From Camelus dromedarius (Eukaryota): a stretch of 64,000 nucleotides of DNA. Location: assembly GCF_036321535.1 (NCBI RefSeq), contig NC_087451.1, forward strand, positions 42,222,001-42,286,000. Direction: 5' to 3'. The position numbers and the translations under genes are program-made. The notes below the pieces were generated by a model that was not told where the DNA came from, searched no databases, and saw only the letters and a program-made list of their open reading frames with translations. Below are positions 42,201 through 54,616 of the stretch, piece after piece (position 1 is the stretch's first letter; the number at the start of each line of letters is the position of its first letter).

Positions 42201-45200
42201 TCTAAATCCAAGGCCATCCATGAGCTGGGCCTGCCCACCTCCCCAGCCCTGTCTCTTCCCTCTTCTGTCCCTCTTCCCTCCACAGTGCTCACACACCCTT
42301 TCCTGAAGGCTCGCTCAACTACTTTCAGTTCCCTGAACTCACCCTGTTCTTTTGCGTCAGTATTTCCAGACCTGTGTTCCTGTGGCTCTTTCTGCCTGGA
42401 ATGGCCTTCTGGTAGCAGGCCAGTTTCCTTCTCATCCTTCATGAAGTCCTCTCTTCTGTGCCACCTTCCCTGACTCCTCTAGGTCCAGACACAATGAGGG
42501 ACCCGTTGCACCAACATCCCTCTAGCAGAGTCTCATTCACAGTGTAATTATTTGTTTACCACCCTCACCAGACTGGTGTCTCCCTGAGGGCAAGGGCTGA
42601 GTGTAACCATCTCTGAGCTCCCTGTGTCCAACACAGAAATTGGACCCAAGCAGGGGCTCAGGAAATGTCGGCTGAAGGGAGCATGACATTAGTTACAGCC
42701 TGAGCCACCTTTCAGGTCCCATATTCCAGTGCAAAGGAAAAGGGATGAGGTTTGCAGGGCATGTGTTCCTCTGTGAACAGCGTCCACCGAAATCCACATC
42801 CCTCACCCCATTTGCTTCCCTTCCAAACCCAGAGAGGTGGTGACCCGTTCCCTACCGCGGTGGGAACCGGGCACCTCACACACTACCTCGTTGGCGTCAA
42901 TGCCGCTGTTGACAGCCCACGTGGTCTGGAAGTACTCGAGCATGCGCTGTTTGAGCGGCCGTGGCAGGCGGTGCACGCGAATGAAGTCTTTGAGGTCCTT
43001 CATGCGGCTGTGGTAGAGCGAGCGGCGCGAGTACATGCGCTGGATGATGGCCGTCACGTTTCCGAACACCAAGGCGTGCATCAGCGCTGCAGCAGAGTAG
43101 TGGGCAGTCAGGAGCAGCCACCCCCTCCCTCCTTCTTCTCTCAACCGCCCCCTACCACCTGCCCTGGATGGGTCTCTGGGTTCCTGAGGGAGGGCAGGAG
43201 AGCTGGTGGGCTCCTACGTGCCTCCCTGGTGCCAGGTGTTGGGTTGGGATGGCAAATAGAGTGGTCCTGAGAGGGGTCCAACCTGAAGTTCTCTCATGCC
43301 CCCAATTAGATCATAAACTTGGGTATCCCATTCTTTTGCAAGAGGTCCTCCTGTTTGTGGCATTCCCCCTACGGCCAGCCTGTAGCAGGTGCAGAGGAAA
43401 CATCCATGAATGAATGCACAAGTGTCTGGACATGGGTGGACACCTTGCCTTCTCTGGGCCTCAGTTTCCCCATCTGCACGCTGGATTTAACAGGACACCC
43501 CCCTCACCGCCTATGAGCATAGTGCAGATGGAGAAGATCTTCTCCGCATCAGTGTTGGCGCACACGTTGCCGAAGCCCACGCTGGTGAGGCTGCTCAGCG
43601 TGAAGTAGAGCGCAGCGATGTAGGCGCTGCGCCTGGACGGGCCTCCTGCCGAGCCATTGATGTAGGGCACCTCCAGCCGCTTGCCCAGCTCGTGCAACCA
43701 GCCTGGGGGTTGGAGGGATGCAAGAAGCCCCAGCTGCGCTGTGAAGAGCTGGGTTTCCCTGAGCTGCCTGCATTTGACCTTGGGCAAGTATTTACAGAGG
43801 CGAAGGGAGGTTTGCATAGGAAATGTGAGGAGCAGCCTGTGCCTGGGCCTCCCCACAGTGAAGTGATTACAGCTGCAGTTCAAGGGTACCGATTCTCGGC
43901 ACTGCTGACTGTTCAGGGGCCCCTTCCACTCTCTTATAGTTTACTGAGTGCCTCCTGGGTACGGGGTGCTGGGACTTGACCCAGACATTCTTCCTGTCCT
44001 GGTGGACCTTATTGTCTGGAGGGGAGGAGGGGAAAAAGACATGAAATCAATCATGTCTTGGGACTCATAATGGGTTAGGGAGAGCCAACCCAGTTTGTGA
44101 GTAGGGTATGGTTTCTGAAGGGTTCCCTTGGGACAGAGCATTTTAGTTGAGATAGGAATAGAAAAGTTGCCTAGGTGAATAAGGGAGGGAAGACAAAAGG
44201 GAGACAATTCCAGAGAGGAAAACATGTTCCAGACCCAAAGGGAGAAAGCAGTACATCCTGGGTGCTGGAGGGAGGCCAGGGTGGCAGCAGCACAGGGGGC
44301 ATGGGAGGAAGGGAAGCCACGTGTGGGTAGAGAGGGGTGCAGAACTGTAGCGGATGGGCTGAGTGTGGACTTTATTTTGAGGGTAGTGGGGAGCCACCAA
44401 ATGGGTCCAGGCAGGGGTACTCTTCCCCCTGCCCAAAACACCTTCCACACCTTCAGAGTGTTTCCCATACTGTATTGTGATTGCCTATCACTGGTCTTGC
44501 TCCTCTGCTGGGCTGTGAGTCCCCCCAAGGCAGAGATCATGTCTTCAAACCAGTATTCCCATGTCTGACCCCAGAAGAAGTCACGCATGTTTGTTGGATG
44601 AATGGAGGCTATAGGCGGAGGAGGTGTGGGCACTGATGGAGGTGTCAGCTCGGGAGCCTGAGTGGACAGGGCAGGTGAATGGGTGGTCAGTGAAAGCCTG
44701 GGGTCAATGGCTCACCAATGTCCCAGAGCAGCGGGTCGTTGGCCTCCATCTCCCGGCGCCCGATGACATACCAGACACAGGCCATCCAGTGGGCAAGGAG
44801 TGCAAAGACGGACATGAGCAATGTGAGCACCACGGCACTGCACTGCGAGTACCGCTCCAGCTTCTGCAGCAGCCGCAGCAGCCGCAGCAGCCGCACAGTC
44901 TTCAGCAGGTGCACCAGCGATGTCTGCGGGAGTGAGTGCAGCGGGGGAGGCTGTCAGCAGGCCCTTCATGTCCCCTCCCAGCACCTTGCCACCAGATGCC
45001 CTGGAGCTAGGGAAAGCTGCCCCAGGAGAAGCATCCCTGCTGTCCTGAGAAGGTGACCAGGAAATGCCAAGGGGAGAGGATATTGCTAAAACTAACTATG
45101 GCTAACATTTAGTAAGTAGTGTGTATGTCAGGCACTGGGCTAAGTATTTGAAATCCTCATTAAAAAACGTATACCTCAGTCCAATTATCATCATCATTCT

Positions 45201-48200
45201 CAGTTTGCAGATGAGTACACTGAGGCTCAGAGAGGCTAGAGACTTGTTCAAGGTCACAGACCAAGGAAATGATGGAGCTGGGACTCAAATCTGAGCTGAC
45301 ACCAAAGTCCATTTTGTGCTCTACTGCCTCTGAGCACCGTGGGTTGGTAAAAGAGCATGTCCTGGTCAGAAGCAGGGGAATAAACAGAATGATCTCTGGG
45401 CCCTGCTCAAAGCTCCTGATGTCTTAGGCACAATTGGCTGTGGATGGGGGAGATTTAGGGACCTCTTCCCTTGTTAGTCAGCTGCAGATGAGAGGGTGAC
45501 ACCAAAATGTTGAGGGAAGGAGGGCAGGGATGAAGGTGCTCAGGCTATGAGGTCTCGGCTCTTATGGGGCTCAGTGGGGGTTGATGGAGCTAGAGGCACC
45601 TGGTCAGGGTCCTGTAAACATTAGCTAACATTTCCACTATGAATGTTTTCCTTTGTGTTTCGATTATTCCTTCCAATCTTGGAGATGAGAGGTAGGTGGG
45701 GGCTTATCTTCTTGCTACCCTGGGTGGGGGCAACTTGGAGGCTAGGGATGGGGGCTCTGGGGCAGCGCCTGGGGACCTTGGTATGAAGACCCTTCACTGT
45801 CCTGTCAGGGGCCTCCAAGAGCATCCCCCATTGCCCTGGCCCTACACAGCTCCTGATCACTGCAAGCCATTTTCTCTAATTGTAGGCAAAGGAGTCAGAA
45901 AGAAGGTGGCTCTGATGCCCCAACATGAACCCTCTCCAGGGCTTTATGCCTGCCCCAGCTCCCAGAGCTCCCAGCTCCAAACCTGAGTTCTTCAGGGCTT
46001 CCCCTCGTCACGTGCCCCTGGGCCCCGCTCCTTTGGGGCCCTCCTCTCCTTCTCCTTGGACCAGAATGTCCCAGGCCTGGCTCCTTCAAGTCCACAGCTC
46101 TCCCGGTGCCTACTTATCCTCCATCTTTGCTCTGCCACCCTCCAGCCCCAGTCTTGCTCTCCCTCTCCCCTTGCACCTGGCCATCCATTCAGGTACCCTG
46201 TTCCCTGGGAAGCAGGGTGGCACGCTGGAAAGAATACTAGACTAGGAGTCTGGCGATCTGGTTTCAATCTCCTGCCTGCCACTGCTTGCTGTGTAACCTT
46301 CAACAAGCCCCGCAAACTCTCTGAGCCTCTGCATCTACTTCTGAGGAAGAGGGATTAGAGAATCTGCCCTGAAGGGTGGCTGTGAGGTTCCTATGCGATG
46401 ATGTGTGAAAGAACTTAGTAAACTGTAAAAGCTCCTGAAAATTCCAGAAAAGGGGGAACTGTCTGGTGGGCATGAACGGGATGGGGGCGCACTCATGGGG
46501 AGGGGTGGGGAGCACTGCTCAGAATGGCCGAAGCCTCAGGGCAGACACACCCACGTGCACGTGTGTGGGAGCATGCACACACGTGTATACAGCCAGAAGA
46601 GGCCCACAGCCCGTTGGCGGCTAGTTAAATCCGGCTGCGTGTAGGTGGTTTCCCACTATAGCTAAGTGTGGCAGAGAGAGGAGCACACGGGGAAACTGCT
46701 CTCCACCTCCCCACTCAACCACCAAGGGGGTCTGGGGACACAGGGTGGGACTCCATCTCCCTGGGTCAGAGAAGACCTAGTGTCTGCCGGCTGGGGATGC
46801 TAGGCAGAGCTGACCACTGAGGGTGCCTGGAAAGACACAGGCCCTGGGACTCTCTGCCTCCAAATCCACCACACAGCCTCTGTCTCCTTGCCTTGGCTTA
46901 CTCTGCCCCCTGCCCCGCCCCCCCCCAATGCTCTCTCTCCTCATCTCCTGCCAGCCAAATCCTACTCTGTCTAAGGTCTAGCTCTGTTCTCACTTCCTTC
47001 AGGAACCCTTCCCAGACCACCCTAATCTCTGCCCAACCGTAGTGCTTTGGCTTCCCAGGCACCGGCCAGATTTCAGATCATTTTTGTGCATGCCCATGTT
47101 CCAGCCTGGAACTCCAAGGTCAGCTAGCTCTGTGCCCCGCCCCCCACGCAGCAATTCCTGGGCCCCGTATTGCACTCCCTTTACCTCTTCTGTCCCTGTG
47201 ATCCTTACAAGCTTAGCTACTTTGGAGGCTGAATCCTTATCTCTTTTCCCCACAGTGACCATGCCCCACACAGTGCTTTGCAGACAGTTAAATGCTCATC
47301 AGTTGTTTGTTAAATAAAAATGTGAAAAGTGCCACTCATCTGGCATCAGGCCAATGCCGCCTTGGTAGCCCTAGTTAGCTTTTCATTTGTCTCAGCTTCC
47401 CTCAGAGACTGTGAGCTGAGCTCCCCAAGAACACAGACTCTCTCAGATCCTTTTCAGTTTTTAGCATGGGGCTCTGCCCATCGCAGGTGCCCGACAAACA
47501 TTCGCAGATGGATTGATGGGAAGGACTGAGTCTGGGACTCAGATGGGTCCCTTAATGCAAGATACTGTGCTGAAGTTGCGAGGCGATGCTGCAAGGTGGG
47601 ACAGGGCTCACTCACCACGGTGATATTGAAGACGTAAAGCAGGTCAAAAGGCAGAGCAGCAATAAGGTCAACGAAGAACCAGGTGGCCAGATAGTGGAGG
47701 CCAATGGAACGAGGAGCAGAGACCACCTGGCCGGACTGGGACACATAGGTGGTACGGAAGTTCAGGATGATATCTGGGGGTGCAAGAGGCTGTTACTAGG
47801 GGGCCTTGGCCCAAGGGGCCAAGGGACTGCGTAAGCTAGAAACAAGCCTTAGAGACTCAGAATGGAGTTGGAGGCAGGATTGGGGAAGATGGATTGGGCT
47901 ACAGGCTGGTCCTTAAGGAATAGAAGTCTAAAGGCAGAAGGCTGTAGGGGTCAGGGGTCAGGACTTATGGACCATTAAGACTTAAAGACCCAGAAGTAGA
48001 CGGGCTCTGACTGCCTGGGTCCTGCAGGCCCAGGATGGGGGGAGGCTTGGATGAGTGGGTCCCTCCAGCCCACCCACCAGGGTATGTGGGGCAGAGGGTC
48101 TGACCCAGGATGAAGAGCATCTCCACGGCGATGTCGCTGACAAGGGTGTGTCGGGAAGTGATGGGGGTGTCGTCATCACCCGAGAAGCAGACATTGTAGG

Positions 48201-51200
48201 GGACGGTGACCGCAACATAGAAGGTGGCGAGGAGGATAAGGCTGTCCCAGATGGCCTTGGGGACGCTGTAGTGGAGGAGGAGGCAGCGGGACCCCCCCAC
48301 GGAGGCTACCTTGTACTCGGGCACTGATGGCTTTGGCTCAAACACGTTCTAAGGGGAGAGGGGTGGCGGTTGGGGACACTTGGGGGAAAGAGGAGCCAAG
48401 GGTAGGGGAAGGGAGAGGCAGGGATGGGGAAAGGTGGGGAGTAAGCACTGCAAGCATGAACACGAGAGGAGATAGAAGGTGCAGGAGAGGGGGTTGGGGG
48501 CCAGCCTGACACTTCTTTCCTCTTCCAAGCTAAGCTCAGGCCTCCTTTTGAATCAATCATATTTTGTGGGGGGTATATATAAGGCTTGACCTTCACCCTG
48601 CTTGAGAAGGCAATTATGACAAATTAGGCACATGCTCTAGCTGGAGGGGTCACGAACTCAAGTTCCTCTTGGGTTCTGGGGTCGCAGTGGGGGATGGGTA
48701 TATCCCAGGGGTGAGGGGTGGCTGGCATGGTGCACCCCATTCTTGGTAGCCATAACAGACTGTGCAGAGGTTTGGAGACTCAATCCTATGGATTCATCAG
48801 GGTCCTCAGAGTGGTACACAGGGCTAAATGCTAGGCCCCTAGTGGGAGCTTTCTCCCTGGGATCACAGCTTGTGATTTCACCCCCCTCTCCATGAGATAA
48901 CCCTAAAACGCAAAGGTAAGTGATGTAATTGCTGCTGGAGACCCACCCTTGCGACACCATCAGGGCAGAGTAATGTCAATCACAAGGAAGCAAAGGAGGT
49001 GGGGATGGAAGGAGGTGTGGGGGAACGTGGGATAGAACAGAGAGCCATGCATGAGAAATAGGTGGACAGAGGGACAAGACATTGGAGGGAGACCAGATAG
49101 ACAGGGAAACAGGGACACAGTAGCAAGGGTGTCTCAGAAACACGACTGGGAGATGTTCGGGTAGAGATAGGACTCACATTGCTTTTCATGCCTCCCTGGC
49201 CTCGGCGGCCAAAGTGGCCAGTCAGTCGGTGAAGGACAGTACGGCTCTGCCTCCTGGCGGATCGAAGTCTTGAGCTGGCTCCCCTCCTGCCAAGGGATTT
49301 TTCTGTTGGGAAAAAGGGCACAGAGATAAGTAGGCACACATCCCACGAGGCTGAGTAGGGAGAGGTCTTGTGTGACCTTGGACAAGGACTTCTAACCATT
49401 TCACGCCATTTCCCCAGACTTGTAGTTACCATGATTACTGTCCCCATGGCCTCCTGGGGGGCCAAGTCCTGGGCCTCCACTCTGAGTGATGTCTTTGAAG
49501 GAAAAGAGGAAAAGTACGACCTCCCCCATCTCATTCTTGATGGGCATCATGTCCAGGAGGCACCAAAATGCTGAGCCTGTGAGTGTGGAGAGATGGAGGA
49601 GGAGGGTGAGCAGCCCATGATACCTCTTTCTCCCTTATGCCCCTTGGTTCCTAGGCTTGGCCAAGGTTTAGAGCTGGACAGCACCCCAGAGATTATGTCA
49701 GCCTTCTCCTTCACCTTCCAGATGGGAGAACCAAGGCCCAGAGAGGGTCAGGGATGCACTCAGTGTCACACAGCCAGCTTGTGGCAGTGTGGGGACCAGC
49801 ATTCAGGCTTCCAGTATGTCAAGTGGACCCTGGGAAAGACCTGGGGTCTGGCAGGGCTGCAGGGCAGGCCAGGCCCCCTCACCATCCTTTCGGTAGAAGC
49901 AGATTTCAGCCCGGTGTTCCTGATGGCCCTCCAGGGCCTTGTGCAGCCTCTGCAGGGCTGGCTTACTGGTCTCTGGACCATAGAGGAAACGGCAGCTGCA
50001 GGTTTTCTGCATGACCTCAGTGCGGCCGTAGCCTGTGAGCTCGCAGAAGCCGTCAGAACAGTAGACGATGGGAAAACCCCGTGGGCCCTGTGCGTTGGCC
50101 AGCAAGAAGTTGCTGTCTGTGGGAAGAGGAGGTCAAGGTCAGGTCAAGGCCAGGAAGGGAGCCCAGCTTCCAGGTACCTCCCTCAAGCTGTGGTCAGAGA
50201 TCCCAGAGCCAGAAGCTTCCCAGGCTTTCTTGTGAGTCTTAGATCCTTCTTTGGGATATTCTGAAAAGAGAATAGGAAGAGATAGAGCAAAAGGACAAGG
50301 ACTTAAAGGTGCCCTGGAACTGGGACAGGGAACTACTAGAGGGTTGGAAAGGGAACCCCAAAGGGTCATTGTGGTTCATCCTTCTGCCCTCAAGCTGGTG
50401 AGTTATTACTGTAGGAGGCAGCACTGCATAGTGTGTAAGGGCATGGGCTCCAGCACCCCACCTCTGCCACTTACTGACTGTGTAACCTTTGGCAAGTTAA
50501 TGAACTCTTCTGTGTCTCAGCTTCCTTATCTGAAGAGTGGGGGATAATAGATCTTCCTCTCATGGTTGGTGTGAGAGTTATATGAGTTAACTGGGAAGAA
50601 CAAATCCTGGCACATAGTAAGTGTTACACTGAGAAGGTGAAATGATGCCTCACATTCGCCCAGCTTTCAAAGCACATCCATAACCACTAGGGATTCTGGT
50701 GGTATCACACCCATTTTATTGATAGGAAACCAAAAGGCAGAGATTATCCAAATTCACAAATCTCTTTTGTTGGGGGAGGAAGACAGTGATGAGTAATGTC
50801 CTCATTCCCTGCCTTCCAGGAAGGGTCTTCTTTTTATCATCCCTTCTTTTTTGTTAATTTCAGAGGGGTCTATCCCAGTTCTCAAAGTCTGACAGGCTTG
50901 AACAATGAAGTTGTGACTCCAGCAACCCCAGCAACAGATCCTGAGCTGGCTCACTCCAGCTCCAAAAGGTGGGAGGCCTCGGGGGGCTCTGTAGTCCATC
51001 CAGGGACAGTCTCAGCTGAGGGAAGGGATCTGAGATACAACCAGTCCTGGGGCACTAGGAGGAGTGAGTGTCTGGGGGTGGAATGGCTGATGGGGATACT
51101 GAAGGTGCCTGGGAGGCGCTGGGCCCTGGGCAAGCAGCCTCCTTCTTCCATCCCAGGCCCGTTGCCTGGGTGATGGGAGCTATGGAAACAAGGGAGGTGT

Positions 51201-52058
51201 GTGGGGGCAGGGTGGGGAGGCGGGTAGGTCCCCGGCGGCTCAGTTTCCGCCCTCGGTTACCGCTCCCCTCACCTTCCTGATCCCGACCACGGTGTCTGAC
51301 GTCCGAAGTGGGCAAGGGGAGATCTCCCAGTTCCAAAGTAGGAAAAGGGAATGGCGGGAGAAGAGGCGGGTAAGGAGGAGTGTGGCTGTCCAAGGTGCTG
51401 AACCTGGAACCCAAGCTCGGGTGGGAGAGCAGACAGGCAGTTCCCTCCGTCACACAGACCAGCCCCCTCTTCCTGCCTCACCTCCCTCAGACACTGACGC
51501 GCTGCGATTTGGGGGCGCGTGACCTTAACCCAAGATAGGTCCTGCCGAAGTCTGATCTTTTCTTTCTTTTTTTTTTTTCCTGGGGGAAGGAGATGCTAGA
51601 GTCGTCTGGGAGTGGACCCCAGAGCTCCTGGCCGCTTAGTCCCACATTCGTGTCTTGGATAACCCCATACACGCCCCCACCAGAGCTATGCGCGAGAGTG
51701 GGCGGCTCCCAAGGACTCTTCTCCGCTTTGCCGCACAAAGAGCCTTCCTGCCTCCAGTCACACACCCGCAACCCTGACCCCTTGCATTCTTAGTCCTCTC
51801 CCCGCCTCCCCTCGCAAGGTACTCCCAGTCCTGTTTCCTTTACCGCGGCTTCAGGAGTTCCTAGACCCTCAACTCCACTCCCTCTCCTCGCCTCGGATCT
51901 CACCACATCCAGAAAACCCGCGCCAGCGCCGGAGACTTGATCCCCAGCTCGAACCCCCAGTCCCATCCTCCGCCCGACTCACGCGTGCCGTCGAAGCGGG
52001 TGGCAATGGTGTCCAGGAAGGTGTTCTGCGGGGCCAACAACCCCTTCATGACCGGCAT
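36248..52058 (-). CDS. KCNH4: Voltage-gated potassium channel Kv12.3 (ELK1), 1016 aa
   Basis: 16 coding exons: 51983-52058, 49883-50116, 49430-49576, 49178-49302, 48105-48348, 47616-47773, 44716-44923, 43508-43702, 42887-43086, 41016-41265, 40204-40448, 39525-39563, 38979-39331, 38584-38690, 37892-37965, 36248-36643. They sum to 3051 nt. The product has the eag/PAS N-terminus ([24 protein letters not shown]), S4 ([14 protein letters not shown]), pore (SLTSVGFGN), CNBHD and C-terminal coiled coil, ending RSDTFH*. Confidence 0.97.
45140..45330 (-). mobile_element. MIR SINE in KCNH4 intron 6
   Basis: TTTGCAGATGAGTACACTGAGGCTCAGAGAGGCTAGAGACTTGTTCAAGGTCACAG. Confidence 0.75.
50420..50640 (+). 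mobile_element. MIR SINE in KCNH4 intron 1
   Basis: CTCTGCCACTTACTGACTGTGTAACCTTTGGCAAGTTAATGAACTCTTCTGTGTCTCAGCTTCCTTATCTGAAG. Confidence 0.75.
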
Positions 52059-52580
52059 GGCCTCGGGGTGCGGGTTCGAGGCGCGGCGCCGGGGGGCGTT
52101 CAGCGCGGCCCGGCCGGAGGGGGCGCGCTGCCGGCGGGGCCGGGGCGCCCCATGAGCCCGCTTTCCTCCTCCCCTCCCTCTCGGCGCCGCCGCCGCCGCC
52201 TCTCTGCTCGGAACCCAGCAGCTCTCTGCTCGGCTTGGCGGCGCCTCGGTCACCCCCCACCTCCCCACGGGCCAGGTTCTTTCCCCCGGGCTCGGCCCTC
52301 TCTCGCCACGTGCCCCCACACGGGGAGGGGCCGCCAGCGACACCCTCACCCCTCTATGCGGCCCTCCTCCTGGTGGGGAGCGGCCCACGCGTGTCTTTCC
52401 AGGAGAGAATTTGAGACACGCCCACCCGGAGCTGAAGCCTGAAGAGGTGGGCGGGGCTTGAATGACAGACAGCCCAACTTCCAGTGTGGCCACGCCCCCA
52501 CGCGTGTTTCCCTGGCGGCTTCTTGAGTCTCCGCCCATCGGGTTTCCCCGCGCGCTGCCCACGCTGGGAATCGTGTCTGG
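51880..52580. promoter_or_regulatory. KCNH4 CpG island / promoter and 5'UTR
   Basis: Dense CpG content, GC boxes and a (GCC)n tract around exon 1. Confidence 0.75.
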
Positions 52581-53425
52581 TTCACAGCACCGCCTGCTGG
52601 AGTTGGGATATTTTGCAGCACCCCCAGCTCCCTGCGCTTCAGTGGGAGACAGCAAGAGTTAAAGAGGCTAATTTTGCCGGTGGGGAATCAATGGGAAGGT
52701 TGGAACCTCAAATTTTAGAATGCACTACCTAACCTTCACCTGTGTCTCAGTTTGTATAGGGCAGGCACCCTGGCGAACACTGCTTCTGAGTGCAGCTGGG
52801 TGGATGAAAAGAGTTTTTTGGAGTCCACCTGGTAGAAATCCAGCTCTGCTACTTACTGTGTGACAGCTTCTGGGAGCCTCGCTTTCTTCAATGTAAAATG
52901 GAGCCAATAATTTTTACCTCGTGTGGCTATGACAATTTAATAGCACAAGGCATGTCTTCGGTGCACAATAAGTGTGTTGGAGAGCAGTTGTCTCCTTATT
53001 CTCCCTCCTTCTAACATCCTGATTTAATTCTCCTTCCCTCTGCTGCCATTCAAGTGGAAGAGAGGCTGGAAGCAAGACCGGAGCTCAGAAAGATAGTTTC
53101 ATGGTGGGCAGTCAGCTTGTAAATCTCCAAAGGTTCGCTAGTGAACTTTGTTCTCCGTCTTCTCCGAAATAAAACCAGTGCAGCAGCAAGAAGGACCCAG
53201 ATGAGACCAGACACAGGACTTTTTCACTATGGAAGCAGAAAATTACTGGGGCAGCTGAGTGTGGGGGCTTAGGGTGGCTGCTTCCTGGAGCAAAACAGCT
53301 AAAACCAGTGACAAAGGGAAAACAGGCCGGGGAGAGGGCAGGCCAATGCTCCCTACCCTCATCCACAGTCTGAGCTGGGCATTATCTGGGCTATTATGTT
53401 GATTAAAAGTGCCACATCTTTCAGT

Positions 53426-53558
53426 NNNNNNNNNNNNNNNNNNNNNNNNNNNNNNNNNNNNNNNNNNNNNNNNNNNNNNNNNNNNNNNNNNNNNNNNNNN
53501 NNNNNNNNNNNNNNNNNNNNNNNNNNNNNNNNNNNNNNNNNNNNNNNNNNNNNNNNNN
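53426..53558. other. Assembly gap (133 N)
   Basis: Run of N. Confidence 1.
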
Positions 53559-53905
53559 TCCTTTTGGAGGCTGTGGGGGAGTATTTGTTCCATGCCTGTC
53601 TTCTAGTTTCTGGTGGGTTGTTGGCAGTCTTTAGCATTTTTTGGCTTGTAGATGCATCCCACCTCTGCCTTCATGTTCACATGGGTTCCCCTTGTGTGCA
53701 TTTCTGTGTCCAAATCCCCCCATTTTATAAGGACACTACTCATGTTGGATTAGAGCCCCACCCTATTCCAGTATGACCTAATTTTAACCAATTTCATCCA
53801 CAAAGACCGTATTTCCAAATAAGGTCACATTCTGAATTGCTGGTGGTTAGGACTACAACATATGAAAGGGGGCGGGAGGGAGGCGCACAATTCAACCTGT
53901 AACAA
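53559..53905 (-). mobile_element. MLT1B/C-type MaLR solo LTR between HCRT and KCNH4
   Basis: GGCTTGTAGATGCATC...CTCTGCCTTCATGTTCACATGG...TTTCCAAATAAGGTCACATTCTG...CACAATTCAACCTGTAACA is MLT1 LTR in reverse orientation. Confidence 0.8.
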
Positions 53906-54525
53906 CTGTGTTTGGCTAAAATTGCAGGAAAATCTTGCCCTAGCCCTGCTTAAGAACTTCTCCTAACTCCCAGCTACCTACAGGATAAAGTGCAAAGCCT
54001 GATGATTGGTGAGGGCCTTCACAATCAGGGCTGCACAAATCTAACCGCCTTCCCTTCAGTGCCTCACTGCTCCCCACACCCTGTACCCCACGCTGTAGCC
54101 CTCGGGTAGATTCATGTTGATCTTCGTATTCCCTGTCTTTTCGGCAGGCACGGCTCCCCTGCCTCCTACCCAGTTGGATTCGGCTCTTCAATACAGCCTT
54201 CTTTGCTCTTTCTCTCCCGAGTATCTCTGTAAACGTCCCAATACAGTAAGACTAGTAGAGCACTGAGGGACATGTCTGTCCCCATACTCCCATCCAAACA
54301 TGCACGTATGCTGTTCTCTCCGCAGCCCAGGGCCTTGCACAGTTCCTCGCTCTGGGAGGTCCCCACACGAGAGTGTTTTGGGTTCAGAGGCGCCCAAGCT
54401 CAGGTGCCCCGAGACGGGCCTCCAGGTTTTCTGGCTCTTTATAGTTCGCAAGACTCTCACGCCCCCTGGAGGGCCGGACGCGACCACACAGGGACAGAGA
54501 AAAGCCATACTAACAGAGACTCGTC

Positions 54526-54531
54526 TTTATT
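54526..54531 (-). terminator. HCRT polyadenylation signal AATAAA
   Basis: TTTATT about 85 nt past the stop codon. Confidence 0.85.
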
Positions 54532-54616
54532 GCCCTTTTTCTGGGGGCTGACACCGGGAGGGCAGAGGGGAGAGGGCAGGGACAGAGTAGGGCCAGGACA
54601 GGACCCGAACAAGGGC

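Noticed and set aside
49178-49190. KCNH4 exon 4 is 125 nt, one Asn shorter than recalled for human
   Set aside because: In-frame change in a low-complexity linker, unlikely to matter.
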